DNA of 64,000 nucleotides from an uncultured Candidatus Binatia bacterium (GCA_964291295.2 OZ219754.1:3424001-3488000); one strand, 5' to 3'; counted from the stretch's first letter, positions 12,391 through 22,628 are shown. The notes: generated by a model not told the origin, from the letters alone. A program made the numbers and translations.

Positions 12391-13209
12391 TCATGCCTCA
12401 CCCGGGCCGGCCGCGATGCGGTCGAGTATCCAGTCCACCACCCGGGGCTTGCCCAACACGACGTCGAATCGCCGTTCGCACAGCTCCTTGCCGGCCCTCC
12501 GGGAGCATACGTAACGGCCGCCGGCCTCCTCCATCAGCACCTTGCTGGCCATGGCGTCCCACAGCCGGAGATCGAAGTCCACCATGGCGCCCACCGCACC
12601 CTCCACGGCCAGGGCATGGCCGAAACAGTCCGTGTAGGTGCGCACGGCCGGGTGCGCCCGCATCAGCGTGTCGAACACGCCGGAGCGGCCGGCGCCGACG
12701 AACTGTTGCCGATCGCCGATGCCGAGGATCTCCCCCTCCACCGCCTCATCGCCGGGGAGATCCTCCAGGGTCACGGACCGGCCGTTGCAGCGGGCCCCCA
12801 GCCCTCTGGCGGCGCTGTAGGTCCGGTCCAGGCCCGGCAGGTCGATGATCCCCAGGAGCGGCTCGTCGCCGTCAAGCAGCGCCAGCAGCGTGCCGTACAG
12901 GGGCACCCGGTGCCGGAAGCTCCGGGTGCCGTCGATGGGATCGATGACCCACGTCAGAGCGTGGCCGCCATCGGTTCCGGGCAACTCCTCGCCGATGACG
13001 CGGTGCGTGGGAAAACGAGAGGCCAGCAGCATCCGGGCCTTCTCCTCCACCGCGATATCGACATCCGTCACGAAGCTCCCGTCGGCCTTGCAGCCATGGG
13101 CAAAGCCCGTTTCCAGCGCATCGTCGATGAGCGTGCGCGTCTGCCGAACGATGTCGCAGGCCTGGGACAGCATTCCCCGCAGTTCCTCTGTCCCGGGCGC
13201 ACCGCTCAC
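12391..13209 (-). CDS. Inositol monophosphatase family protein (HisN-like histidinol-phosphatase)
   Basis: KADGSFVT, GEE, WVIDPIDGT and WD motifs. Confidence 0.8.
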   Translation of the reverse strand: MSGAPGTEELRGMLSQACDIVRQTRTLIDDALETGFAHGCKADGSFVTDVDIAVEEKARMLLASRFPTHRVIGEELPGTDGGHALTWVIDPIDGTRSFRHRVPLYGTLLALLDGDEPLLGIIDLPGLDRTYSAARGLGARCNGRSVTLEDLPGDEAVEGEILGIGDRQQFVGAGRSGVFDTLMRAHPAVRTYTDCFGHALAVEGAVGAMVDFDLRLWDAMASKVLMEEAGGRYVCSRRAGKELCERRFDVVLGKPRVVDWILDRIAAGPGEA

Positions 13210-13433
13210 CGGAAACTCCTTCCCGACCGGACATCCCTTCCCGGACCCCTTGCCGGACCCCCTTCCGGACGCGCCGCCATGACCCTCCCGCCACCCATGG
13301 GCGGAGTATACACGCTGCCGCGGATACTAGAAAACGAGAGCACGGAAGCACGCCGGTCGGAACCGGACGGTGGACTGGCACAGGCGCGGCTGTTAGGCTG
13401 TTCCGCTACCGCCCTGGAGCGAGGAAACCTCTC

Positions 13434-14204
13434 GTGAACCAATCCACTCATCACTCCATTTTCGCCATGACCGTCGGCATCGCCGAGAACTGGCGCCCGT
13501 CGGGCATCATGCCGTGCATCCGCAGCGACGCGGAGCGGGACCAGCCGGTTCCCTATATCATCTGGTGCATCGAGACCCCGGACGGCCCGGTGGTGGTGGA
13601 CACCGCCTACCACCCCGACTACGTCACCGCGGAGTGGGCTCAGGGAAACCGCTTCAGGGAGCCCGCGCAACTGCTGGGCGAACTGGGAATGCGCCCGGAG
13701 GATGTCGCCACGGTCATCGTCACCCACTTCCACGTGGACCACTTCACCGGCTTCGACTTCTTTCCCAAGGCGAACTTCATCATCCAGCAGGACGAGTACG
13801 ATTTCTGGACCGGCCCGATGATGCGTTTCGACTACCTCGACAAACTGATCCGGCCCAAGGTGCGCCCCGCCCTGCAACGACTGGTGGACGATGGCCGCGT
13901 CACCCTGGTGGACGGAGACCACGAGCTGGTCCCCGGGGTGGAGTTGCTGAAGGCCGGCGGCCACACCCCCGGCTCCCAGATGGTGGCGGTGGAGACGGTC
14001 CGGGGCAGGGCGGTGCTGTGCGGCGACATCGCCTATACCTACCGGAACCTTCGGGAACGAATTCCGGTGGGCTGGTACTTCAACCTGCCGGACTCGGTGA
14101 TGGCGCTGGACCGGGCGCTTCGGACCGCGGCGCGGCCCGAGTTGTCGTTTCCCAACCACGACCCCGAACTCATGCAGGGGAAACGGGTGAGACGGGTGGC
14201 CTGA
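13434..14204 (+). CDS. Metallo-beta-lactamase fold hydrolase, N-acyl-homoserine lactonase-like
   Basis: THFHVDH (HxHxDH), GGHTPG, LCGD and HDP motifs. Confidence 0.8.
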   Translation: MNQSTHHSIFAMTVGIAENWRPSGIMPCIRSDAERDQPVPYIIWCIETPDGPVVVDTAYHPDYVTAEWAQGNRFREPAQLLGELGMRPEDVATVIVTHFHVDHFTGFDFFPKANFIIQQDEYDFWTGPMMRFDYLDKLIRPKVRPALQRLVDDGRVTLVDGDHELVPGVELLKAGGHTPGSQMVAVETVRGRAVLCGDIAYTYRNLRERIPVGWYFNLPDSVMALDRALRTAARPELSFPNHDPELMQGKRVRRVA

Positions 14205-14234
14205 CGGGATGCGGGCGGCCTGACGGAAACGGAC

Positions 14235-14711
14235 ATGGCGTTCCAAGGCCCGGAGTCCCGGCGCATCGGCGTTGTCTCGGATACCCACGGTCTGGTGCGG
14301 CCCCAGGTGCTGGACGCGTTGCGAGGCTCGGACCTGATCATCCACGCCGGCGACGTGGGCGGACCCGGCGTGCTGGAGCGGCTTGCCTCGCTGGCGCCGG
14401 TGACCGCGGTCCGGGGCAATGTCGATGGGGAGGCCTGGGCCGAAGACCTGCCCGAGGAACGAACCGTCGAGGCAGGCGGCGCCCGCATCCACGTGATCCA
14501 CGACCTGCGGGCCTTGGCCGTGCCGCCGGAGGGTTGCCGCATGGTCATAAGCGGCCACTCCCACCGACCCTCGGTCGAGGAGCGCGGCGGCATCCTCTAC
14601 CTGAACCCGGGCAGCGCCGGACCGAGGCGCTTCACGCTGCCGGTGGCGCTGGCGACCGTGCGGGTGGGCCGGCGGGGCCTGCGCCCGCAGCTGCTGGAAC
14701 TCGCCGTCTGA
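14235..14711 (+). CDS. Metallophosphoesterase (YfcE-like)
   Basis: SDTHG, HAGD, GNVD, GHSH and NPGS motifs. Confidence 0.9.
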   Translation: MAFQGPESRRIGVVSDTHGLVRPQVLDALRGSDLIIHAGDVGGPGVLERLASLAPVTAVRGNVDGEAWAEDLPEERTVEAGGARIHVIHDLRALAVPPEGCRMVISGHSHRPSVEERGGILYLNPGSAGPRRFTLPVALATVRVGRRGLRPQLLELAV

Positions 14712-14769
14712 CACGCCGCGGGGATGCCGAGCACAGACCCTTCACGGAACCCGGGGAGACCACGACGTC

Positions 14770-15558
14770 ATGGACCTCCAGCACGCACTCAAGACAGCCC
14801 GGGAAGCCGTACTCCAGGCGGGCGAGGAACTCCTCTCCCGCTTCACGTCGTCGCGCTACACGATTCAACACAAGAGCGCGGGCCACCCCGTGACAAGCGC
14901 CGACATCAAGGCCAACCAGGTGTTGCGGGAGACGCTGCTCGACGCGTTTCCGGAGGCCGGCTGGCTCTCGGAAGAATCATTCGACAACCCCGAACGGTTG
15001 ACGAAGCCGTGGGTGTGGATCGTCGATCCGCTGGACGGCACGAAGGAGTTCATCGAGGGGATCAAGGAGTTCGCCGTGTCCGTGGGGCTGGTGCGGGACA
15101 CGGCACCGGTGCTGGCCGTGACCTACAACCCGGCCACCGGGTGCATGAGCCATTGCCTGCGCGGCTCCGGTGTCTTCTCCAACGGACTGCCGGTTCGGGT
15201 GACGGACCGTTCGCGGCTGAACGGCGCCTCGGTGGTGGCCAGCCGGCGTGAAACCCGCAGAGGACTGTTCGCGGGCCTGGAGGACCGTCTCCGGATCACG
15301 CCCACGGGCAGCATCGCCCACAAGCTCGCGGAGGTCGCCGGCGGACGCGCCGACCTCACCGTGAGCCTGGCGCCAAAGAACGAATGGGACGTGTGCGCGG
15401 GAGTGCTGCTGGCGGAGGAAGCCGGCGCCACGGTCACGGACCTGGACGGAAGAGGGTTCTCTTTCAATCAACCCGACACATTGCGCAACGGCGTCATCGC
15501 CTGCAACCCGTCGCTCTACCCGGAGTTGTCCCGCCTGGTCGCGGCGCACCGGCGCTAG
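14770..15558 (+). CDS. cysQ: 3'(2'),5'-bisphosphate nucleotidase CysQ / IMPase family
   Basis: PVTSAD, WLSEE, VWIVDPLDGTKEF and EWDVCAG. Confidence 0.75.
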   Translation: MDLQHALKTAREAVLQAGEELLSRFTSSRYTIQHKSAGHPVTSADIKANQVLRETLLDAFPEAGWLSEESFDNPERLTKPWVWIVDPLDGTKEFIEGIKEFAVSVGLVRDTAPVLAVTYNPATGCMSHCLRGSGVFSNGLPVRVTDRSRLNGASVVASRRETRRGLFAGLEDRLRITPTGSIAHKLAEVAGGRADLTVSLAPKNEWDVCAGVLLAEEAGATVTDLDGRGFSFNQPDTLRNGVIACNPSLYPELSRLVAAHRR

Positions 15559-15975
15559 CGGCGTGTCTCATGGATGGCATTGCAGTCTGCGATTTTACGT
15601 AGAATGGAGTTGACGGAGGTGGTCCGGACAAAAGGCTTGGGATTGGCATTGTGGCAAGCCAAGGAGTGCTTGATGGCGGCAATCCGTTCCGGGACGCTGC
15701 GAAAGACACTGCCGCGCAGACGCTGGTGAGTCAGCTTTGCGAACCCACTCTCGACGAGATTGAGCCAGGAGGTGCGGGTGGGCATGAAATGGAATCGGAA
15801 TCGCGGCTGAGCAGCCAGCCACCGGCGCAGCGCTTCATGCTTGTGGGTTCCGTAGTTGTCCAGGATGTTCCATGGTTGTCCAGAATGATGTGCCGGGTCG
15901 GGTCGCGCGGGAAGGCACGGTGGAGGCGCCGCAGGAACTTCAGGAACTCCGGATGCCGATACGGACCGATGAAGG
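15559..15975 (-). mobile_element. IS630-family transposase 3' remnant (frameshifted)
   Basis: Fragments RHPEFLKFLR, HIILDN, FHFMPTRTSWLNLVE, FRSVPE and HNANPKPFV; ends at CTAG 15555-15558. Confidence 0.8.
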
Positions 15976-16037
15976 CGCTTCGTCCAGGTACGACCGACCC
16001 CGACCGTGCAGCGGCCGGCCCGCTGGCGGCTACGGTC

Positions 16038-16289
16038 TCAGCGCCCGGGCCTGGCGGCCAGCACCTCGTCGAGGCTCGCCGCCACCAGCACGGCCTCCGC
16101 CCAAGCCTCCAGTTCGGAGGCCGACGCACCGCGAACCCGCTCGCCCACCGCATCCGGCACATCACCGAAGCGCAACGCCAGTTGACGAAGAAGAAGTTCC
16201 GCCAAGGCCTGTATCCGGCCTCGTTCGATTCCCTTCTCCATTCCCTCGGCTCTTCCCTGTTCGATCCAGGCTTGCGCGACTGTTCCCAT
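16038..16289 (-). CDS. Putative internally translated small Rpn C-terminal protein (RpnS-like antitoxin), 83 aa
   Basis: GGAGG 5 nt before the in-frame ATG (tgggaggcgctgATG); product starts MGTVAQAWIEQG and contains RFGDVP. Confidence 0.55.
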   Translation of the reverse strand: MGTVAQAWIEQGRAEGMEKGIERGRIQALAELLLRQLALRFGDVPDAVGERVRGASASELEAWAEAVLVAASLDEVLAARPGR

Positions 16290-17007
16290 CAGCGCCTCCC
16301 AACGGTCCGGCTTCGTCCGGCGCAGCGACGCCTCCAGCAAGGGCGGCGTCAGGTTCATGCACTCGGCCATGCAACGCACAATATGACGCTCGAACGCGCT
16401 CCCCGCAACCGGCCCGCCCGTCATCTGGTCCAGAAGATCCGTCGGTATGTCCTCGGCATATACCACCTTGAGCGCCAGAAGCCCGGCCCGCACTTCGGGC
16501 GAGACCGACAACCGCCCTGGCGCAATCTCGCCAAGGTCATGCAGCACATAGGCGAACTCCCTGACGAAAGGCTCCAGCTCCCCGGGCGCGTCGATCATCC
16601 CCGGCACCGAGGGCGCCGCAGTCCAGCGGCCCCGACCGTGGTAGAAAACCAGCGGAATGATCGCCGGCAGCCGGTCCCCCGCGGCGCCATTCTCGACCTC
16701 GCGGCGCCAGATGTTGACCATGTATTTCAGGAGTTGGAGCGGGGTGTCCGCGTCGACGCGGCTCTTGTGTTCGAGCAGCACGCGCATCGTGGCCGCTTCT
16801 CAGTCTCACCCGGAACAGCGCATCGCACTGGGTCCGCGCGGCATCCTCGTCCACGAAGTGGCCCTCCACCGCCTCGGGCGGGGCCTCGGGGTCGAGAAGA
16901 GCGGCGACTTCTTGCGGCAGGTATTGCGCCAGCAGCGCGGCGGCGCGGGCCGGCTCGGAGACCAGTGCCCGGAACAGCGCATCGTGGGGCGTCGTCGGAA
17001 GGCTCAC
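16038..17007 (-). pseudogene. Rpn/YhgA-like (PD-(D/E)xK) protein with C-terminal DUF4351-like tail, frameshifted near 16785
   Basis: N-terminus TPHDALFRAL and QCDALFRV in one frame; LLEHKS and IIPLVFYHG in another. Confidence 0.82.
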
Positions 17008-17019
17008 CGGGCAGGTTCC

Positions 17020-17192
17020 CCGGCGTCTTTCGCAGCGTCCCGGAACGGATTGCCGCCATCAAGCACTACTTGGCTTGCCACAATGCCAATCCCAAGCCTT
17101 TCGTCCGGAACACATCCGTCCACTCCATCCTGCGCAAAACCATCCTGCGCGAAATCGCGGACTGCAAGGCCACTCATGAGACGTATCACTAG
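17020..17192 (+). mobile_element. Second IS630 3'-end remnant, inverted relative to the copy at 15559
   Basis: Encodes GVFRSVPERIAAIKHYLACHNANPKPFV and ends at CTAG 17189-17192. Confidence 0.8.
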
Positions 17193-17452
17193 CCGCCGTC
17201 CTCCGGATCCGCGCCCTCCGGGTCGCCCACCTCCCGGAGCAGTTCCAGCGCCTCCTCGGCCTCTTCTTCCGGCACCTGTATGACGGCGGCCGCGCCGGCG
17301 GAACCGAAACCGCTCCACAGCGCCGCCACCGGCAGCAGGGTCAGCGCCGATTCGCCCTGTACCACGTAGGTGATGCCGGCGCTGTCCAGGACGGACTTGA
17401 CGACGGCCAGGGTCGCGACATCCACCGTCCGAAAAACAGCGACATGGCTCAC
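17189..17452 (-). CDS. DUF2007-like small protein
   Basis: VVKSVLDSAGITYVVQGE and IQVPEEEAEEALELL pattern. Confidence 0.65.
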   Translation of the reverse strand: MSHVAVFRTVDVATLAVVKSVLDSAGITYVVQGESALTLLPVAALWSGFGSAGAAAVIQVPEEEAEEALELLREVGDPEGADPEDGG

Positions 17453-17510
17453 GGCTCGACCTCGGTGTCTTCCCGGGAGCCGGCGCGGGTCAGCCAATCC
17501 TCGAGGTCAT

Positions 17511-18257
17511 TCATGGCAGCCGTCCTTCCGCCAGCCCGAAAGCGCCGGGGTTCACCGCCGGTCCGGCAATGTCCAGAACCAGCTTCGTCACCGCCACCCG
17601 CCCGCCAAGGCATATTTCCACGTCTCTTCCCGGCTGTCTGGGGCGCTTGCGATACTCCGCCTGGTAGATGAACGCACCGTCTTCCCTGCGATAGCCGACG
17701 CCAAGCGGACCGGTGTCCAGGGCGCAGGCCACTACGCCCGCCTTGTCGCCGTTGGGCGGGTGCGGCAGATTCACGTTCCAGAACTCGCCCCGGGCCAGTC
17801 CGGGCTCGGAACGGAGCAGCCGTTCGAGCAAAGGCATCGCCCGGCCATGGGTGACCTCCCAGTCCAACGGCCGTCCCTTGGCGACATACTGGGAAATGGC
17901 CAAGGAACGGCAGCCGAGCAGCGCACCCTCCCGGGCCGCCGCCACCGTGCCCGAGATATAGATGTCGGCGCCGAGATTGGCCCCGCGGTTCACCCCCGCC
18001 AGCACCCAGGAGGCATCCGGGGCGATCTCCGTGAGCCCTATCCGGACGCAGTCCACCGGGGTGCCCTGGACGCTGTACCGCGCCGGGCCGACCCGCTCCA
18101 CCGCGATGGGCCGGTCCGTCGTCACCTGATGGCCCACGCCGGACCGTTCCCGGGCCGGTGCGACCACGACGACGTCGCTCAGGTCGCGCGCGATCCGCTC
18201 CAGCACCTCCAGGCCCTGGGCATCAATGCCGTCGTCATTGGTCAGCAAGGTTCTCAA
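17511..18257 (-). CDS. surE: 5'/3'-nucleotidase SurE
   Basis: LLTNDDGI, VAP, GTPVDCV and GVNRGANLG..SGTVAAA. Confidence 0.95.
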   Translation of the reverse strand: MRTLLTNDDGIDAQGLEVLERIARDLSDVVVVAPARERSGVGHQVTTDRPIAVERVGPARYSVQGTPVDCVRIGLTEIAPDASWVLAGVNRGANLGADIYISGTVAAAREGALLGCRSLAISQYVAKGRPLDWEVTHGRAMPLLERLLRSEPGLARGEFWNVNLPHPPNGDKAGVVACALDTGPLGVGYRREDGAFIYQAEYRKRPRQPGRDVEICLGGRVAVTKLVLDIAGPAVNPGAFGLAEGRLP

Positions 18258-18260
18258 CGG

Positions 18261-19991
18261 CTACATCCGCTCCAGGGGCTGGATGCCGAGGATGCGCAGG
18301 CCGCTCCGGAGCACCTGCTTGACCGCCGTGAAGAGCAGCAGCCGGGCCTGCGCCTTCCCGCTCTCCTCACCCTTGACCCGCAGCACCGCGTAGCTGGCGT
18401 GCAGTCCTCGGGCCAGCTCCAGCAGGTAGTTGGCCAGCACCGAGGGCTCATAAAGCCGTCCGGCCTCGCGAAGCACATCCGGGTAGCGGGCCACCAGGCT
18501 CACCAGCCGGTGGGCTTCGGGTTCCACCAGCGGGCTCACATCGGCCTCCGGATTCGGCTCAAGGCCGCAGTTCCGCAGGATGCCGGCGATACGGGCGTGG
18601 GCGCTCATCAGGTAGGGGCCGGTGTCGCCTTCGAACGAGATGGCCAGATCCCAGTCGAAACGGTAGTCCTTGATCCGTTGCTTGGAAAGGTCCGCGAAGA
18701 AGATGGCGGCGATGCCCACGGCCTCCGCCACGCTCTCTTCGTCCTCGAGCTCCAGCCTCTTCTCGATCTGCCCGCGCATGTACACCAGCGCCCGGTCCCG
18801 CGCCTCGTCCAGCAGTTCCTCCAGGTAGATGACATTGCCCTTGCGCGTGGACATCCCCTGGACCAGCCCGAAATTCACGTGCGCGCAGCCCTCCGCCCAC
18901 GGGTGTCCGAGCAGCTTCAACACCGTGAAGAGTTGCCGGAAATGCAGCGACTGGCCGCTGGCCACGACATACAGGATGCGGTCGCAGCCGTAGGTGTCGC
19001 GGCGGTACCGGGCGGCGGCCACGTCCCGGGTGAGATAGAGCGTCGTGCCGTCGGCCTTCTCCAGCAGGGCCGGCGTGTCGATGCCTTCGGCCGAAAGGTC
19101 GATGATGAGGGCCTCGTCGGAGACCGTGGTCAGGCCCCTGGCCCGGGCCTCCTCGATGACGACGTCCATCTTGTCGTTGAAGAACGACTCGCCCGTGTAG
19201 GCGTCGAAGCGTACCCCGAGCCGCTCGTAGATCCGCTTGAAGTAGTCGAGGCTGGTGTCGCGGATGCGGCGCCAGAGCGCCAGCGCCGCCGGATCTCCGG
19301 CTTCCTGCCGGCGGAACCACTCCCGTGCCTCGTCCACCAGTTCCGGGGCGCTTTCCGCCACCTCGTGGAACTGGACGTACAGGCGGTTGAGCCTCATCAG
19401 GTCGTCGGCGTCCTCGGGCTTTCCGAACCGCTTGAGACCCGCGATCTGCCGGCCGAACTGGGTGCCCCAGTCGCCTACGTGGTTGATGCCGACGACCTCG
19501 TAACCCAGGGCCTCGAAGATCCGCACCAGCGCGCCGCCGATGATGGTGGATCGAAGATGGCCCACATGGAAAGGCTTGGCGATGTTGGGCGAGGAATAGT
19601 CGATGACGAGGGTCTGACCGGCTCCGTCCCGGCGGGTGCCATAGGTCTCGCCCGCGGACACGGCCTCGTGCAGCACCGCCGCGGCGAAGCGCGCCCGGTC
19701 CACGGAGAGGTTCACGTAGCCGCCCATGGCCCGGGCATCGCACAGCAGGTTCAGGTCTCCCGCAGCCTTGTCCGCGATCTCCCTGGCAATCACCGGCGGG
19801 GCCTTGCGCCGCGTCCGGGCCAAGGTGAAGCACGGGAACGCGAAGTCGCCCATGTCCGGCCTTGGCGGCACCGTCAGCATGCGCTCCACCGCCTGGTGAT
19901 CCAGTTCGGCGTGTCTGGCGATCACCTGCGCCGCCTCGCCGCGGAAGTCGGCGGCCGTCGTCATCCGTGGCGCTGTATCGGCCGTGGGCAT
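18261..19991 (-). CDS. argS: Arginine--tRNA ligase
   Basis: IDYSSPNIAKPFHVGHLRSTIIG, GDWGTQFG, MSTRKG and terminal ERM. The start may be 19964. Confidence 0.96.
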   Translation of the reverse strand: MPTADTAPRMTTAADFRGEAAQVIARHAELDHQAVERMLTVPPRPDMGDFAFPCFTLARTRRKAPPVIAREIADKAAGDLNLLCDARAMGGYVNLSVDRARFAAAVLHEAVSAGETYGTRRDGAGQTLVIDYSSPNIAKPFHVGHLRSTIIGGALVRIFEALGYEVVGINHVGDWGTQFGRQIAGLKRFGKPEDADDLMRLNRLYVQFHEVAESAPELVDEAREWFRRQEAGDPAALALWRRIRDTSLDYFKRIYERLGVRFDAYTGESFFNDKMDVVIEEARARGLTTVSDEALIIDLSAEGIDTPALLEKADGTTLYLTRDVAAARYRRDTYGCDRILYVVASGQSLHFRQLFTVLKLLGHPWAEGCAHVNFGLVQGMSTRKGNVIYLEELLDEARDRALVYMRGQIEKRLELEDEESVAEAVGIAAIFFADLSKQRIKDYRFDWDLAISFEGDTGPYLMSAHARIAGILRNCGLEPNPEADVSPLVEPEAHRLVSLVARYPDVLREAGRLYEPSVLANYLLELARGLHASYAVLRVKGEESGKAQARLLLFTAVKQVLRSGLRILGIQPLERM

Positions 19992-20288
19992 AAGGTCATC
20001 CAGTCTAGCACATCACGCGCGCGAGCCGGGAACACGTCCGCCCCGGCAGGAACCGTTCCCTGTCGCCATCGGCGACCGCTGCGGCGTCGCGTCCGGGTGG
20101 CGGCCCATCAAGGCCGAACCCCGCGCACCGGCAACGCAATCGGCTCCGGCTCCCGGTATCAACTTCCCGATATCGACTCCCAAAGGACCGCTGGACCTGC
20201 CCGCGTCGTCCCTGGCCGGACGCGAGCCCTGGCCGCCCCGGGCATTCCCGATCCCCGCATTCGCGGGAATGACGCACCGCGGGCGGGG

Positions 20289-21347
20289 TTACGGGGACGG
20301 CGCGCCGGCGGGTCGGAACGCGGGGGCCACGTGCCGGCTGAAGCGTTCCATGGAGGCGAGAACCTGCGGCTGACTCAGACCGCCGAAGTGGAAACAGAGG
20401 CCGATATGCGTGGGGCCGACCACGTCCCGGATGAGCTTCAGGTGCTCGATACAGGTTCCGGGTTCCCCGAAGACGCCGCGGCTGTCCCGCACCATGGCGT
20501 CGTAGGACAGGCGCTCGAAAACCTTGTCCACCATCGGCGCCCGGGCAGGATCCAGACGAACCTCGTCCAGGGCGAACGCGCGCCAGCGGTGCCACGCCTC
20601 CTCCACCTCGGCGCGGGTCCGGCGGTCGTCCTCGCCGACGTAGGCCGGGTACATGACGAAGATGTCGTGGTCGTCCGCCGAGAACCCCGCCTCCCGCAGG
20701 CTCTCGAGATAGACCTCGATGCGGGGACGCTGCTCGGGATTGCCGCCGATCCACGGCAGCGTCATCAGGTGGTAGCCGTGGCGCCCGATCATGCGGAAGT
20801 TGTCCAGATCCCGGTTGGCGGGCACGTAGATGGGTGGATGCGGCTGCTGGTGCGGCCTGGGCCGGACGGTCATGCCGTGGTAGCTGAAGTACTCCCCGTC
20901 CCACTCCACGGGTTCCCCGGTCCAGGCCATGCGAATGACGTCCAAAGCTTCCACCAGGCGCGGCTGCGCGGTGCTCCAGTCGTGTCCGTACACCTCGTAC
21001 TCGTGAGAGCTCATGCCGCGGCCTGCACCGAACAGCAGGCGGCCGCCGCACAGAAGGTCCAGCATGGCGTAGTCCTCGGCGATCCGGAGCGGGTGGTGCA
21101 TGGGCACCAGCGACACCGCCGAGCCGAGTTGAAGCCGCCGGGTACGCTGGGAGGCGGCCGACAGGAGCAGCTGGGGACTGGGCATCATGCCGCCGAAGAG
21201 GCGGAAGTGGTGCTCGGTAACCCAGAGGCTGTCGAAGCGCATCGCCTCGGCGGCGTCGATTTGCTCCAGCCAGCGGGAGTAGAGCGCGCGCGCATCCCCG
21301 TCCAGCTCCGGAACATAGGTATTGAGCATATAGTATCCGAACTTCAT
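20289..21347 (-). CDS. LLM-class flavin-dependent oxidoreductase
   Basis: MKFG start, WVTEHHF, HPLRIAEDYAMLD and GAGRG. Confidence 0.9.
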   Translation of the reverse strand: MKFGYYMLNTYVPELDGDARALYSRWLEQIDAAEAMRFDSLWVTEHHFRLFGGMMPSPQLLLSAASQRTRRLQLGSAVSLVPMHHPLRIAEDYAMLDLLCGGRLLFGAGRGMSSHEYEVYGHDWSTAQPRLVEALDVIRMAWTGEPVEWDGEYFSYHGMTVRPRPHQQPHPPIYVPANRDLDNFRMIGRHGYHLMTLPWIGGNPEQRPRIEVYLESLREAGFSADDHDIFVMYPAYVGEDDRRTRAEVEEAWHRWRAFALDEVRLDPARAPMVDKVFERLSYDAMVRDSRGVFGEPGTCIEHLKLIRDVVGPTHIGLCFHFGGLSQPQVLASMERFSRHVAPAFRPAGAPSP

Positions 21348-22621
21348 GAAGGCCCTTCGCGTTCCGGCTCCCGCGATTCCGCGGTCCGGAGGCGGACTGC
21401 CAGTCGTTCCTTCAGCACCGCCAGTTCCGGCTTCACGGGTTCGAGCAGTTCCGGCGGCACGGTGACGCTGGCGACCTGCTTGAGGCCGTGGCCGGTGACG
21501 TTGCAAACGACCATGTCGTCGGCCCCGATGACCCCCTGCCGGCGGAGCCGCGCCGCCGCGGCCACGGATGCGGCGGCCGCAGGTTCGGCGAAGATGCCGG
21601 CCAGACGGCCGAGCAGGCCCTGGGCCTCGAGGATCTCCCGGTCCGCCAGCACCACGCCGGTACCGTTGCTGGCCCGTACCGCACGCACCGCGCGCAGCCC
21701 CATGGCCCTGGGGTTGCCCACCCGGATGCTCTCCGCCGCGGTGGCCCCTGCCACCACCGGCTCCACCGTGGCGTGGCCGCTCTTCAACGCCGCGGCGATG
21801 GGGGCCGCGGCCTCGCTCTGGGCCGCCACGAGCTTGGGCATCCGGTGCACCCAGCCAAGGCCGTACAGTTCCTGGTAGCCCTTCCACATGGCCGCCAGCC
21901 CCACGCCGCCGGCGGTGGGGTGGATGATCCAGTGCGGCACATGCTCGTCCAGTTGATCGAACAACTCGAAGGCGTAGGACTTCTTGCCCTCGTTGCGGTA
22001 GGGGTTGGTGGAGAGGCAATCGTACCAGCCGAACTCCTTGACCGCCGCGCGGTAGAACTTGCCCATGCCGTCGAGACCGGCCTCGTCCACCACCACCACG
22101 GCGGCGCCGCAGGCATGGGCCTGGGTGACCTTGGCGCCGTCCGTGCCGGCCGGCACCAGGACGACGCTGCGCAAGCCCGCGGCCGCCGCGTAGGCGGCCA
22201 CCGACGCGGCGGCGTTGCCGGTGGACGGCACCGCCACGGTGTCGAAGCCCAGCTCCACGGCGCGGGAGATGCCTACGCTGTTGCTGCGGTCCTTGAGGGA
22301 GCCCGTCGGCAGCAGCGTGTCGTTCTTGACGTAGAGCCGTTCCATCCCCAGGTATTGGCCCAGACGCCGGCAACGCATGAGCGGCGTGTAGCCTTCGCCC
22401 AGGGAAACCACCGAGCCGCGGCCCCGGACCGGAAGGAAATCGAACCAACGCCACAGGGTGGGGTCGGTGCTGGCGCGGATGACGCGCACGTCGGAGCGGG
22501 TCAGGTGCCCCAGGTCCATGCGGACATCCAGCACCGCGCCGCAGGAGCCGCACGCGAAGGTATCGTCGGTGACCGCCTCCCAGCCGCACTGCGGACATCG
22601 CAACGCCGCGATCCTGCCCAT
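21344..22621 (-). CDS. thrC: Threonine synthase-like PLP enzyme
   Basis: N-terminal CxxC..CxxC, SLGEGYTPL, PTGSLKDR, STGNAA and TGHGLK. Confidence 0.8.
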   Translation of the reverse strand: MGRIAALRCPQCGWEAVTDDTFACGSCGAVLDVRMDLGHLTRSDVRVIRASTDPTLWRWFDFLPVRGRGSVVSLGEGYTPLMRCRRLGQYLGMERLYVKNDTLLPTGSLKDRSNSVGISRAVELGFDTVAVPSTGNAAASVAAYAAAAGLRSVVLVPAGTDGAKVTQAHACGAAVVVVDEAGLDGMGKFYRAAVKEFGWYDCLSTNPYRNEGKKSYAFELFDQLDEHVPHWIIHPTAGGVGLAAMWKGYQELYGLGWVHRMPKLVAAQSEAAAPIAAALKSGHATVEPVVAGATAAESIRVGNPRAMGLRAVRAVRASNGTGVVLADREILEAQGLLGRLAGIFAEPAAAASVAAAARLRRQGVIGADDMVVCNVTGHGLKQVASVTVPPELLEPVKPELAVLKERLAVRLRTAESREPEREGPS

Positions 22622-22628
22622 GACCGCC

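Noticed and set aside
20240-20275. Palindrome ending GCGGGAATGAC, with a similar one near 7908-7933
   Set aside because: It looks like an ordinary REP-like intergenic palindrome; too few and too divergent copies here to define a family.
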